NCBI GenBank assembly: GCA_963741955.1
Contig: CAVUKB010000007.1
Coordinates: forward strand, 896,001-960,000
Direction: 5' to 3'
DNA from: an uncultured Acidobacteriota bacterium
GTDB taxonomy: Bacteria; Acidobacteriota; Thermoanaerobaculia; Gp7-AA8
Length of the DNA stretch: 64,000 nt
The position numbers and the translations under genes were made by a program. Positions 1-9,033 of the stretch are shown here, in pieces. Each line of letters opens with the position of its first letter. Within the stretch, counting starts at the first letter, position 1. The notes beneath the pieces were generated by a model. It was not told where the DNA came from, searched no databases, and saw only the letters and a program-made list of their open reading frames with translations.

Positions 1-112
1 GAGCGCGTTCCGATCCGACTTCTGCAAAGTCTATCGCGATCTCGAGTTCCCCGGCGATGTCTACGAGCACATCGAGGAGTATCACGAACAGAAGGACTCG
101 GCCTCGGAATGA
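1..112 (+). CDS. 3' end of an unidentified CDS (partial)
   Basis: Open frame from base 2 (SAFRSDFCKVYRDLEFPGDVYEHIEEYHEQKDSASE*) with GC3-rich codons, TGA at 110-112. Confidence 0.5.
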   Translation, partial: SAFRSDFCKVYRDLEFPGDVYEHIEEYHEQKDSASE

Positions 113-157
113 GTGGGCAGCGGGATGGAGACCGAAGCCTGACCGGGTCAGCGGCCA

Positions 158-172
158 TGGCACGATGAAAGC
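158..172 (+). promoter_or_regulatory. possible sigma-54 promoter
   Basis: TGGCACG-atga-AAGC: GG-N10-GC spacing, imperfect -12 element, about 40 bp upstream of ORF 214. Confidence 0.4.
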
Positions 173-213
173 ACGGGATCTGATCGACCGGCAGTTCACA
201 CTCAGGGGGATCG

Positions 214-777
214 ATGCGGTGTAGATGTTTCGTCTTTCTCGTTGGTGCCATTCTCGCGACGACCGGTTGCAGGGAACCGGTCGACAATCCGCCTCCGGCG
301 AATCCGCCTCGTCACATCGCATCACCTCCACCGGAGAACCCGCCACGCGACGTCCCGGTCGATGCGCAGAAGGCCCGGATGTCGCCCGTCGCGGCGATCA
401 CATGGGTCGGCGACTACACACTCGGCAAGTCGCTGAACATGGACGGACGGATTCCGCGAGGGATGACGGATAACGACTTCAACCCCGAGGACGACGTATA
501 CATCGCGATGGAGGTGGGTGCGGCACCGGCCGGGACGAAGATCACCGCGGTATGGTACGAGCCGGATGGCAAAGTGGTGGACGAGGCGACGAAGGTCGTC
601 GAGTCGCGGGAGAACTACATGCATTTCAGGATGCCGCCCAACGGGAAGGAGGGAAAGAAACTCCTGCCGGGAACGTATCTCGTCGCCGTTTACGCAGACG
701 GCACGCTCGTCCATCGGACGGATTTTCACGTCGATCCCGCTTCCGTGGAATCGCCGGAGAAGAAGCCGATCTACTGA
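214..777 (+). CDS. hypothetical lipoprotein
   Basis: Hydrophobic N-terminus ending TTGC (lipobox-like), Pro-rich linker, beta-rich C-terminal domain. Confidence 0.75.
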   Translation: MRCRCFVFLVGAILATTGCREPVDNPPPANPPRHIASPPPENPPRDVPVDAQKARMSPVAAITWVGDYTLGKSLNMDGRIPRGMTDNDFNPEDDVYIAMEVGAAPAGTKITAVWYEPDGKVVDEATKVVESRENYMHFRMPPNGKEGKKLLPGTYLVAVYADGTLVHRTDFHVDPASVESPEKKPIY

Positions 778-836
778 ATGGAGACACCGCTGCGGGGTGG
801 GCCCGGCGCCCCGGAATTACAGTATGATGCCGCGCC

Positions 837-1448
837 ATGACCATCGTTCGTCGCCTTCCTTTTCTCCGTACGCTGACGCGAATCGCGTTGGTGACCGCAG
901 CCGTTGTCCTCGTTTCGTGCGCGACGCCGGCCCCTTCTCCCGAGCCTGCGCCTCTGCCGGAGACTCCGTCCGGAACTGCGTCGGTTGAAACTCCGATCGG
1001 TACCGCGAGAGTGTCCGGATCGTCATTGAACGTGCGGAGCGGCCCGCGCACTTCTGACGGAATCGTGACCACTCTCCGTCGCGGAGAGCACGTGGCGGTG
1101 CTCGAGAAGGAAGGCGGATGGAGCCGCGTGCGTCTTCAGGACGGAACGGTCGGGTGGGCCGCATCGAGATATCTGCGGACGGTGAAGGACTGCCCTCCCG
1201 ATCGCGACTTCCGCGTCGTCGACGCACCGCCGCTCGCGCTCTCCGACGGGACCGGAGGAACGGTGCAGGTCGAGGCGACGGTCGGTCCGGACGGCAAGGT
1301 CAAGTCCGCGCGGATCACGAAGAACACCACCGGCGACTCGGCGCTCGCTGCGGAGGCCGAGAAGGAGATCCGAAGCGCGACGTTCGAGCCTCCGATCCGG
1401 AAGTGTCTTGCGAAGAGCTTCATCTATCTCTACACGAAAACCTACTGA
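837..1448 (+). CDS. SH3b + TonB C-terminal domain lipoprotein
   Basis: Lipobox LVSC; SH3b motif LNVRSGP...GWSRV...GW; TonB_C-like GTVQVEATVGPDGKVKSARI...FEP. Confidence 0.8.
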   Translation: MTIVRRLPFLRTLTRIALVTAAVVLVSCATPAPSPEPAPLPETPSGTASVETPIGTARVSGSSLNVRSGPRTSDGIVTTLRRGEHVAVLEKEGGWSRVRLQDGTVGWAASRYLRTVKDCPPDRDFRVVDAPPLALSDGTGGTVQVEATVGPDGKVKSARITKNTTGDSALAAEAEKEIRSATFEPPIRKCLAKSFIYLYTKTY

Positions 1449-1550
1449 CGCCCGGCTCTCTCTCGTCCTCTTCCGGCGCAGCAGTTTCCACCTCGGCGAC
1501 CAGTTTCGAGCCAGAGGTATTTTTCCGGTGCCTCTGAGGACTCCTGAACC

Positions 1551-3602
1551 ATGAATGCCAGTACTTCCGGTCCGGATCCTTACCATCCTTCGAGCATGGA
1601 GACGCTGATCGGAACCACATCGGAGACGATGCCTCCGGATCTCCTTCCGGTCGTCTGGGCGTTCGAGAGAGGGCGTATTCTCTTCGTCAGCGACACGGTC
1701 GAGGACGCCCTCGGCTTTTCTCCGCAAGAAGTCACCTCGTCCGTTCCCGCCGATCTTCACAGGCGGATCCATCCGGACGATCTCGACCGTCTGTCGGCCG
1801 CCTGCGAGACGCTTCTGCAGGGTGGTCCTTCGATCTCGATCGACTTCCGTTTCTTCCGCAAAGACGGCCGGTGCGTCTGGTTGTTCATGCGAGCCCGGTC
1901 CGTGGTCCGGCCGGACGGAGAGCGGGTGGTTCACGGCGTGGTCTCCGACGTCACGGCACGCAAGGAGCTCGAAAAGAGTCTTCGGGAGAGGATCTCCGAG
2001 GAAGAGCTGGTCGCCTCGATCTCCACTCGTCTGCTCAAGGCGAAAGCAGCCGAGATCGACATGGCGATCAACAGCTGTCTCGAAGAGATCGCCCACCACG
2101 TCGGAGCGGACCGCAGCTCTCTCTACGTCGGCCTTCGAGAAGGAGAGGAGATAATCCGGCCGTATTTCTGGAAGAGTTCCGAGTTGGATCTGAAGGATCT
2201 GAAGATGTCCAAAGGGATGCCCGGACTCCGTGGCTGGGTCGAACGGATTCTGGATCTGAAGTCCGTGTGGGTCGACTCCGCGTCGAGCAGCGTCACGGAT
2301 CCCGAGCGAGCCATTCTCCATCAACTCGGAGTGAGATCTGCGCTTCTGGTTCCTTTCGAGCTCGGTGGTGACTCCGTCGCGGTCCTCGCGTCGAGCTGGA
2401 TCGACACGCCCGCGGAGAGTCATCAGAATCTCTCTATGCTGCTGCGGAAGTTCGTCCGGATCTTCGCCCACACCATGTTGCGGAAGGAATCGGAAGAGCA
2501 GCTCGGTCGCAGTGAACGGCACTTCCGATCGCTCATCGAGGGCTCGTCGGAAGTGATCGCGATCATGGACGAGAGGGGCTACCTTTCGTACGGTTCACCC
2601 TCGATCCGGCGGGTACTCGGATACCGGAGCAACGAGCTGGTGGGTCGTAGCGTCTTCGACCTGGTTCATAGGGACGAGCTCGATCAGGTCCGAAGACGTT
2701 TCGATGTCTGGCTTGCGAGCGACCAGACGAGCTGTCCGTTTGCCTTTCGGTTCCGGCACGCGGACGGGAGCTGGCGCTGTGTGGAAGCAGTTGCCACGGA
2801 CCTGCGCGATGACGAGCAGATTTCCGGAATCGTGGTGAATGCACGCGACGTCACCGAGCGTGTCCTGCTCGAGCGGAAGGTGGAGCAGAACAGCCGGATG
2901 ACCAGCCTCGGTAATCTCGCGGCGACGGTCGCGCACGAATTCAACAACGTGCTGATGGGAGTCCAGACATTCGCGGAGCTGGTTGGCAGGAAGGCGGACG
3001 ACCCGGCGACGGTTCGTCGGGGCGCGTCGCAGATCCTTCGCTCGCTCGAACGGGGAAAGCGTGTCTCCACGGAGATCCTCCGCTTCACCCGTCCGCCGGA
3101 ACCGGTGCTGCGACGAATTGCGGTGCGAGAGTGGCTGGAGGAGTTCTCCCACGAGCTCGAGTCGCTCCTGCCGGGGGGAATCGACCTGCAACTCGACCTC
3201 GCGGCCGACGTGGTGATCGAAGGCGACTGCGTACAGCTCGAGCAGGTCCTTTCCAATCTCCTTCTGAATGCCCGCGATGCGATGCCGGAGGGGGGAGCGA
3301 TCATTCTCAGGCTCGGCCCGGGCTCCCATTCCGATGGAAGCCGGGAAGGAGAGCGCTTCGCGGAAATCTCGCTCTCGGACAGCGGCAGCGGGATGAAGCC
3401 GGAGGTTCTCCGTCACATTTTCGATCCCCTTTTCACCACCAAACGTACCGGCGGAACGGGTCTGGGGCTGGCGGTGGTACACCAGATCATCAGCGCGCAT
3501 CGAGGCAGCATCGCCGTGGAGACCGCGCTGGGAGAAGGTTCCACCTTCCGGCTCCGGCTTCCTCTTGCACCGGAGTCAGCGGCAGAGAGCTCCATGCCGT
3601 GA
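1551..3602 (+). CDS. PAS/GAF/PAS sensor histidine kinase
   Basis: PAS motifs (IHPDD, VHRDE), H-box VAHEFNN, N-box NLLLNARDAM, G boxes DSGSGM, FTTK, GTGLGL. Confidence 0.9.
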   Translation: MNASTSGPDPYHPSSMETLIGTTSETMPPDLLPVVWAFERGRILFVSDTVEDALGFSPQEVTSSVPADLHRRIHPDDLDRLSAACETLLQGGPSISIDFRFFRKDGRCVWLFMRARSVVRPDGERVVHGVVSDVTARKELEKSLRERISEEELVASISTRLLKAKAAEIDMAINSCLEEIAHHVGADRSSLYVGLREGEEIIRPYFWKSSELDLKDLKMSKGMPGLRGWVERILDLKSVWVDSASSSVTDPERAILHQLGVRSALLVPFELGGDSVAVLASSWIDTPAESHQNLSMLLRKFVRIFAHTMLRKESEEQLGRSERHFRSLIEGSSEVIAIMDERGYLSYGSPSIRRVLGYRSNELVGRSVFDLVHRDELDQVRRRFDVWLASDQTSCPFAFRFRHADGSWRCVEAVATDLRDDEQISGIVVNARDVTERVLLERKVEQNSRMTSLGNLAATVAHEFNNVLMGVQTFAELVGRKADDPATVRRGASQILRSLERGKRVSTEILRFTRPPEPVLRRIAVREWLEEFSHELESLLPGGIDLQLDLAADVVIEGDCVQLEQVLSNLLLNARDAMPEGGAIILRLGPGSHSDGSREGERFAEISLSDSGSGMKPEVLRHIFDPLFTTKRTGGTGLGLAVVHQIISAHRGSIAVETALGEGSTFRLRLPLAPESAAESSMP

Positions 3603-3625
3603 AGATGTGACGTTGGTCGCCGCGC

Positions 3626-4783
3626 TCAGGCCGGGAGGCCGTCCGCGTCGTAGACGACCGCTGCGAGTGCAGGGCGCCCATAGTGATATCCCTGCACCAG
3701 GCGGATTCCGAGGTCGATTGCGGCCTCGACGGTCGCCGCAGATTCGACTCCTTCCAGGATCACTTCCGCAGAGAGATCGCGCGCGAGCGAGAGGATGTTC
3801 CGGACGATCTTCACTTTGGTCGGATCCTCTTCGAAGGAGCAACCGAAGTGCTGGCTGATCTTGAGATACGAGGGACGGATGACGTCGAGCATCGGGAAAT
3901 GGGAGTACGCGACGCCGACATCGTCGAGAGCGAGGCGGACTCCGGCATCGCGCAGTGTTCCGAATGCCCGCTCCGCCGCGGCGTGATCACTGAACGACGA
4001 CTGCTCGGTGATCTCGATGACCAGCTTGTCGAGCGGAATCCCGCACTCTCCGGCCTGCTGAATGAGTGTTCGCACCAGGCGGCCGTCGGCCGAGAGTGCC
4101 TTCGGATGGACGTTGAGGAACAGACACCCCCGTTCGACGAGACTCCGGCCATGCGAGAGGCTCTGCATCATGCATGAGAGCTCGAGATCGACGACCCTCT
4201 TTTTCCGGCTCGCGTATTCGAAGAGGGTGTCGGGGGCCGAGATCGGCGATTCGGTGCGAAGGCGCGTGAGTGCTTCGAAGGCGAAGACGCGGACCTGGTG
4301 GGCGTCGTTGATCCGGTAGATCGGTTGGAACACCGGAACCAGGTCGTCACTCACGACGATCTCGTCGAGTACCGGGACGCGCACGACGGGGATCTCGCCG
4401 TCATCGTTCCCCGGCCCTTCCAGGAAGGGCTCCAGCGCGGCAACCTCGAAGGGTTTGCCGAGAAATGCGATGGCCCCGCGCCGCATCGCTTCGGCTTTCA
4501 ATTCGCTCGATGGTTTTCCGGTCATGATCACCACCCTCATGGACGAGGAGCGATCGAGGGCGTACCGGATGAAGTCGAGACCTTCGTAACCGAACATCCC
4601 GGAGAACTGCACGTCGGCGACGATCAGCGAAGGAACGACGCGGTCGAGGATCAGCTCCGCGGACTCGACGTCGTTGCAGGTGATGATGCGTCGGCCGCGG
4701 TTCTGAAGCGCGAGCGCAAGACCCTCCGTGACGGAAGGATCATCATCGATGATCATGATGCAATCGGGATAGCTCTTCTCCAT
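3626..4783 (-). CDS. response regulator with EAL (c-di-GMP phosphodiesterase) domain
   Basis: REC (IIDDD, ADVQ, KPF) plus FEALTR, LNVHP, IEITE, LDDVG, LEGVE, QGY. Confidence 0.9.
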   Translation of the reverse strand: MEKSYPDCIMIIDDDPSVTEGLALALQNRGRRIITCNDVESAELILDRVVPSLIVADVQFSGMFGYEGLDFIRYALDRSSSMRVVIMTGKPSSELKAEAMRRGAIAFLGKPFEVAALEPFLEGPGNDDGEIPVVRVPVLDEIVVSDDLVPVFQPIYRINDAHQVRVFAFEALTRLRTESPISAPDTLFEYASRKKRVVDLELSCMMQSLSHGRSLVERGCLFLNVHPKALSADGRLVRTLIQQAGECGIPLDKLVIEITEQSSFSDHAAAERAFGTLRDAGVRLALDDVGVAYSHFPMLDVIRPSYLKISQHFGCSFEEDPTKVKIVRNILSLARDLSAEVILEGVESAATVEAAIDLGIRLVQGYHYGRPALAAVVYDADGLPA

Positions 4784-4819
4784 TCAATCCCCGTGGCGGC
4801 GAGGCCTGCGTTCCCTATC

Positions 4820-6205
4820 TTACTTCAGCCGGTCGTCACTTTCCCGATTCAGTTTCCGCAACTTGTATCCGATCAGGCTCCGCGAGACGCCGAGGTCGCG
4901 CGCGGCGGCCGCCTGCACTCCATTCGCGCGCTCGAGGGAGCGCCGGATCACCATCGATTCGAACTCCCGCATCACACCGTGGAGCTCCAGGCCCGGAGGA
5001 AGTGATTGGAGAAGCCGGTCGAGGGCCTCGTTCCACGGGGGCTGATTCGAGCGGAGTGGCAGATCCTCGGGGGTGATGCAGTCACTGCGGGCGAGGATGA
5101 CCGCTCTTTCGATGAGGTTTCGGAGCTCTCGGACGTTTCCGGGGAACGCGTACGAGCAGAGGTGTTGAACCGCCTCTTCGGAGAGCCTCACCGGTCGCGC
5201 GTTCATCTCCCGAACCGCCTGCCGGACGAAGAATTCCGCGAGGATCGGAACGTCCTGGAGCCGCTGGCGCAAGGGAGGCACCTCGATCGGGACGACGGCG
5301 AGGCGGTAGTAGAGATCCTCGCGAAAGGTTCCCTCCTTGACCATCGCGGGAAGATCGCGGTTCGTGGCGACGATCACGCGTGCGTCGATGCGACGCGGCT
5401 GAGTCGAGCCGACGCGGACCACATCGCCATCGACGAGAACCCGAAGGAGCTTGGCCTGGAGCGAAGGGGACATCTCGCTCGCCTCGTCGAGAAAGAGCGT
5501 CCCTCCGTGTGCCGCCTCGAACAATCCCTGGCGAGGACGGTCGGCTCCGGTGAAGGCGCCGCGCTCATGGCCGAACAGCTCACTCTCCAGCAGCGTCTCG
5601 GTAACCGCGGCACAGTTCACCGCAATGAATGGCTTCCGGCTGCGAGGGCTCGCCGCGTGGACCGACCGGGCGACCAACTCCTTTCCGCTCCCGGTTTCGC
5701 CCACGATCAGCACCGTCGCATTCGTCGGGGCGACGCGCGACACGAGATCCCGCAGGACGGACATGGCCTCCGAGTCGCCGATCAGAGATCTGCCGCCCGA
5801 GTCGGGCGCCGATCGGCGGAGGAGGAGATTTTCGCGCGAGAGCTCGGTTCGTTCGCAGGCGCGGCGGACGATCATCAGGACGTGATCGGGGACGAACGGC
5901 TTGGGGATGAAATCGAACGCGCCGGCGCGCATCGCCTCCACCGCGAGCTCGACGGTGGCGAACGCCGTGAGAAACACCACCGGCAACGTGGGGTCCACGT
6001 CGCGGCAGAATGCGAGCAGCTCGAGACCTTCGCCGTCCTGCATCTTCTGATCGGTCAATACCAGATCGAAAATGTTCCCGGAGAGCGCCGCCCGGGCATC
6101 GCGAAGACCCGTGGCTTCGGCGACCTCGTGGCCGTCGCTCCGGAGCAGGCTGCGCAGAATCTTTCTCAGGTTGGCTTCGTCGTCTACGACGAGGATGTGC
6201 GCCAT
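4820..6205 (-). CDS. sigma-54-dependent response regulator (NtrC/AtoC family)
   Basis: REC domain, GETGSGKE Walker A, GAFTGA, FPGNVREL, C-terminal Fis-type HTH. Confidence 0.95.
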   Translation of the reverse strand: MAHILVVDDEANLRKILRSLLRSDGHEVAEATGLRDARAALSGNIFDLVLTDQKMQDGEGLELLAFCRDVDPTLPVVFLTAFATVELAVEAMRAGAFDFIPKPFVPDHVLMIVRRACERTELSRENLLLRRSAPDSGGRSLIGDSEAMSVLRDLVSRVAPTNATVLIVGETGSGKELVARSVHAASPRSRKPFIAVNCAAVTETLLESELFGHERGAFTGADRPRQGLFEAAHGGTLFLDEASEMSPSLQAKLLRVLVDGDVVRVGSTQPRRIDARVIVATNRDLPAMVKEGTFREDLYYRLAVVPIEVPPLRQRLQDVPILAEFFVRQAVREMNARPVRLSEEAVQHLCSYAFPGNVRELRNLIERAVILARSDCITPEDLPLRSNQPPWNEALDRLLQSLPPGLELHGVMREFESMVIRRSLERANGVQAAAARDLGVSRSLIGYKLRKLNRESDDRLK

Positions 6206-6208
6206 GAA

Positions 6209-7525
6209 TCAGGTCTCCTGTGGAACCGGTTCGGATGGAATCGTTCCGGTGAGTGGAAGAAGAATCTCGAAAAGGATCCGTCCGGGTTCGTTCGACGCGA
6301 GGAAGAGGTCTCCGTGATGACTCCGGGCGATCGAGCGGGCGATCGCGAGCCCGAGCCCGGTCCCCGCCGGACGGGTGGTGAAGAACGGTTCGAAGATCTG
6401 GCTGCGGATTTCCGGCGGCACCGGCTCCCCGGGATTTTCCACCGCGATCGCAATTCCCTCCGGACGGGCGAGACCCCGCACCACGACCTCTCCTCCGGGC
6501 GGCGTGGCCTCGATCGCGTTGGAGACGAGATTCAGCACCGCACGGTGGAGCTGGTGCACGTCCGCCTCGACGACGATTTCTTCGTCGCAATCGATCCGGA
6601 GCCGGAGGCCGGCCTCGGCCACCTTCCCCTGAGCCAGATCGCGGGCGTATCCGAGTATGGAAACGAGTGGAACGCAACTGCGGTCGGGTGGCGTCTGACG
6701 GGCGTAGATCAAAAAATCCGAGACCAGCCGCTCCAGACGTGTGGCTTCCTGTTCGATGATGGAATCGAGCTCACTTCGCGAGAGGCCGATCGTCTCTCCG
6801 CGACCGGACATGGCGAGAGAACTGAGGATCATCGCGACGGGGTTCCGGATCTCGTGCGCGACCGAGCTCGCCAGCCGGCCGATGGCGGCGAGCTTCTCCT
6901 CCTCCACCAGCCGGTCACGGGTGATCTGCAGCTGCTCGAAACTCTCACTGAGCCGTCTCTGTTCTTTCCGGAGTTGTCTCGACAGAAGCGCGACGACCGT
7001 TCCCACCACGATGTAGATCAGCGCGACATTCGCCGCTTCGAAGTATTCGGTCACCCGAACCGTGAGTGCAGATCGAAAGTAGAGCCACACCTCGAGGATG
7101 GTCAACGCGGTCACCACGGTGATCACCAGCACCAGGCCGCGCGTACGGTAGCGGAATCCGGCGGCGATCACCGGGATGATCATCAGCACGACGTAGTGCG
7201 CATCCTGCAGCCCGCTCGCGCGGGAGAGGAGAAATGCGAAGCCGACGTGCAGCCAGATCGTGACGTTCGCGTATGCCGAAAGGATCCGCCGGCTGGAGGG
7301 GCGTCCGTTCTGCAGACAAATCAGCTCCACCGTCTGCATCAGCACCCGGAAGAGGAGCACCACGAAAAAAAGGCGGCCTGGGGTTCCGAGAGCCGGCACG
7401 AACAGCACGTGCGCGGCGGCGATTCCTGAGAGAACCGCGAGGTTCAGGAGTATCAGGCGCGACTCCTGGCGCCGGAGGGAGACGGCGTCGAAGAGAGCCG
7501 CGACGTCTGGAGTGCGAGAGGTCAT
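6209..7525 (-). CDS. membrane sensor histidine kinase
   Basis: Several TM helices, VAHEIRNP, NLVSNA, FFTTR, GTGLGL; start placed at MTSRTP (7525) rather than the ORF-track start. Confidence 0.88.
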   Translation of the reverse strand: MTSRTPDVAALFDAVSLRRQESRLILLNLAVLSGIAAAHVLFVPALGTPGRLFFVVLLFRVLMQTVELICLQNGRPSSRRILSAYANVTIWLHVGFAFLLSRASGLQDAHYVVLMIIPVIAAGFRYRTRGLVLVITVVTALTILEVWLYFRSALTVRVTEYFEAANVALIYIVVGTVVALLSRQLRKEQRRLSESFEQLQITRDRLVEEEKLAAIGRLASSVAHEIRNPVAMILSSLAMSGRGETIGLSRSELDSIIEQEATRLERLVSDFLIYARQTPPDRSCVPLVSILGYARDLAQGKVAEAGLRLRIDCDEEIVVEADVHQLHRAVLNLVSNAIEATPPGGEVVVRGLARPEGIAIAVENPGEPVPPEIRSQIFEPFFTTRPAGTGLGLAIARSIARSHHGDLFLASNEPGRILFEILLPLTGTIPSEPVPQET

Positions 7526-7698
7526 CGCGTTTGCCCTCGACCGGGAGTCTATCAGGGTCGGTGAATGAATGGGGGGGCGCCGCCGCTGTCGCAGAATTCG
7601 AACGCCCGCGGACCTCGCGTCGAAGAAGTTGGACGTCGGCTGAGTCGGTCCGGAGAAACAAATCGAGTGTTTACTTACGTTTCCGCCGATCGCCGTCA

Positions 7699-7713
7699 CG
7701 GCACGCGCGTTGC
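7699..7713 (+). promoter_or_regulatory. sigma-54 promoter of the rubrerythrin operon
   Basis: CGGCACG-cgcg-TTGC, near-consensus -24/-12; lies upstream of RBS AAGGAGG and divergent from a sigma-54 activator pair. Confidence 0.75.
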
Positions 7714-7761
7714 GCATGGAGCCTCCGAAACGAACCACGAGGTTCGTAAGGAGGAAATGTG

Positions 7762-8409
7762 ATGACGTTTCGAAGAGTAGTGATTCTTTTTTCCATGGCT
7801 GCCCTCGTCGCGGCGACGGTCCTGATGGTCGCCCCCGCGAGCTCCGAAGCTTCGGCCGTTCCCGCGGTGAGCGCGAAGACCATGGCCAACCTGATGGCGG
7901 CATACAACGGCGAGAGCAACGCCCACGCCCGCTATCTCGCCTTCGCCGAGAAGGCGGAGCAGGACGGGAAGGGTGAAGTGGCGAGCCTGTTCCGCGCCGC
8001 AGCGCGCGCCGAGGAGATTCACGCCAGCAATCACGCGACCGTAATCAAGAAGTTCGGCGGCAAACCGGAAGCGAAGATCGAAGACCCCAACGTCGGAACG
8101 ACCGAAGAGAATCTCACCGCTGCCGTCAAAGGTGAAACATACGAGAAGGACGTGATGTACCCGGATTTCATCGCTCAGGCGAAGAGTGAGCGCAATCGCG
8201 ACGCTCTCCGGACGTTCAACTATGCCCGGACCGCAGAGATCGAGCACGCGAACCTCTACTCCAACGCGAAGAAGAATCTGGCCACCCTCGGTGATGCTAA
8301 GACGACCTACTACGTCTGCACCATCTGCGGCTACACCACCACCAATCTCGATTTCACCAAGTGCATTTCGTGTCTGAATCCGAAGGACAAGTACGTGCCG
8401 GTCAGCTGA
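7762..8409 (+). CDS. rubrerythrin family protein with N-terminal signal peptide
   Basis: GESNA, AEEIH, GETYE, AEIEH di-iron motifs; C-terminal CTICG...CISC rubredoxin-like site; about 30-aa signal-like extension. Confidence 0.9.
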   Translation: MTFRRVVILFSMAALVAATVLMVAPASSEASAVPAVSAKTMANLMAAYNGESNAHARYLAFAEKAEQDGKGEVASLFRAAARAEEIHASNHATVIKKFGGKPEAKIEDPNVGTTEENLTAAVKGETYEKDVMYPDFIAQAKSERNRDALRTFNYARTAEIEHANLYSNAKKNLATLGDAKTTYYVCTICGYTTTNLDFTKCISCLNPKDKYVPVS

Positions 8410-8431
8410 GCCGACGAGGAGAGCGGAATCG

Positions 8432-8980
8432 ATGATCGAATTTCCACCCATACCGACCTGGGATGGACTCCATCCCCTGATCATTCACTTTCCCATCGCA
8501 CTGCTGTACTTCGCGCCGATCTTCATCCTGGTCGGAGCGGCCGTCAGGCCGAAGGGTGCCAGGAGCTGGCTGACCGCAGGCCTGATCCTGATGGCCGTCG
8601 GCACCGTTACCGTATTCGTGGCGATCTCCACCGGCGAGTCGGCGGCGGAGCTCGCCGAGCGAAGCGCGCAGGTGAACTCGGTTCTGGAGAGACACGAGAC
8701 GCTCGCGGAGCAGACCGAGATCGTCTTCTCCAGTCTGACGGTGATCTTCGCGGTGATGCTCTTCGCTCCGCGCCTGTTCAAACGGGAACCGGAGCGAGTC
8801 ACAACGACGCTGCTACCCCTCGTGTTTCTCCTCTTCTACGGAGCGGGAATGGTCATCCTGACGAATACCGCGCACAACGGTGGACGCCTGGTACACGAAT
8901 TCGGTGTGCAGTCGCTGGTGGCGTCATCCGGCCCCACCGCGTTTCCGGCGGCTCTTCCGGCTGAAACGGACGAAGACTGA
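8432..8980 (+). CDS. DUF2231-like membrane protein
   Basis: LHPLIIHFPIALL start, four TM segments, conserved His (LERHE, TAHNGGRLV). Confidence 0.8.
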   Translation: MIEFPPIPTWDGLHPLIIHFPIALLYFAPIFILVGAAVRPKGARSWLTAGLILMAVGTVTVFVAISTGESAAELAERSAQVNSVLERHETLAEQTEIVFSSLTVIFAVMLFAPRLFKREPERVTTTLLPLVFLLFYGAGMVILTNTAHNGGRLVHEFGVQSLVASSGPTAFPAALPAETDED

Positions 8981-8996
8981 ACGGTTGCCTTTGTCC

Positions 8997-9030
8997 TCCC
9001 CGGGGTGGCTTCGGCCGCCCCGGGATTTTC
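8997..9030 (+). terminator. intrinsic terminator
   Basis: GC hairpin with TTCG loop followed by a T-rich tract, between convergent genes. Confidence 0.6.
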
Positions 9031-9033
9031 ATT

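Noticed and set aside
5006-7429. 807-aa plus-strand ORF, and similar long ORFs such as 40094-42733 (-), 27492-29108 (+) and 46501-48030 (+)
   Set aside because: Antisense shadows of well-supported genes in high-GC DNA, with no motifs.
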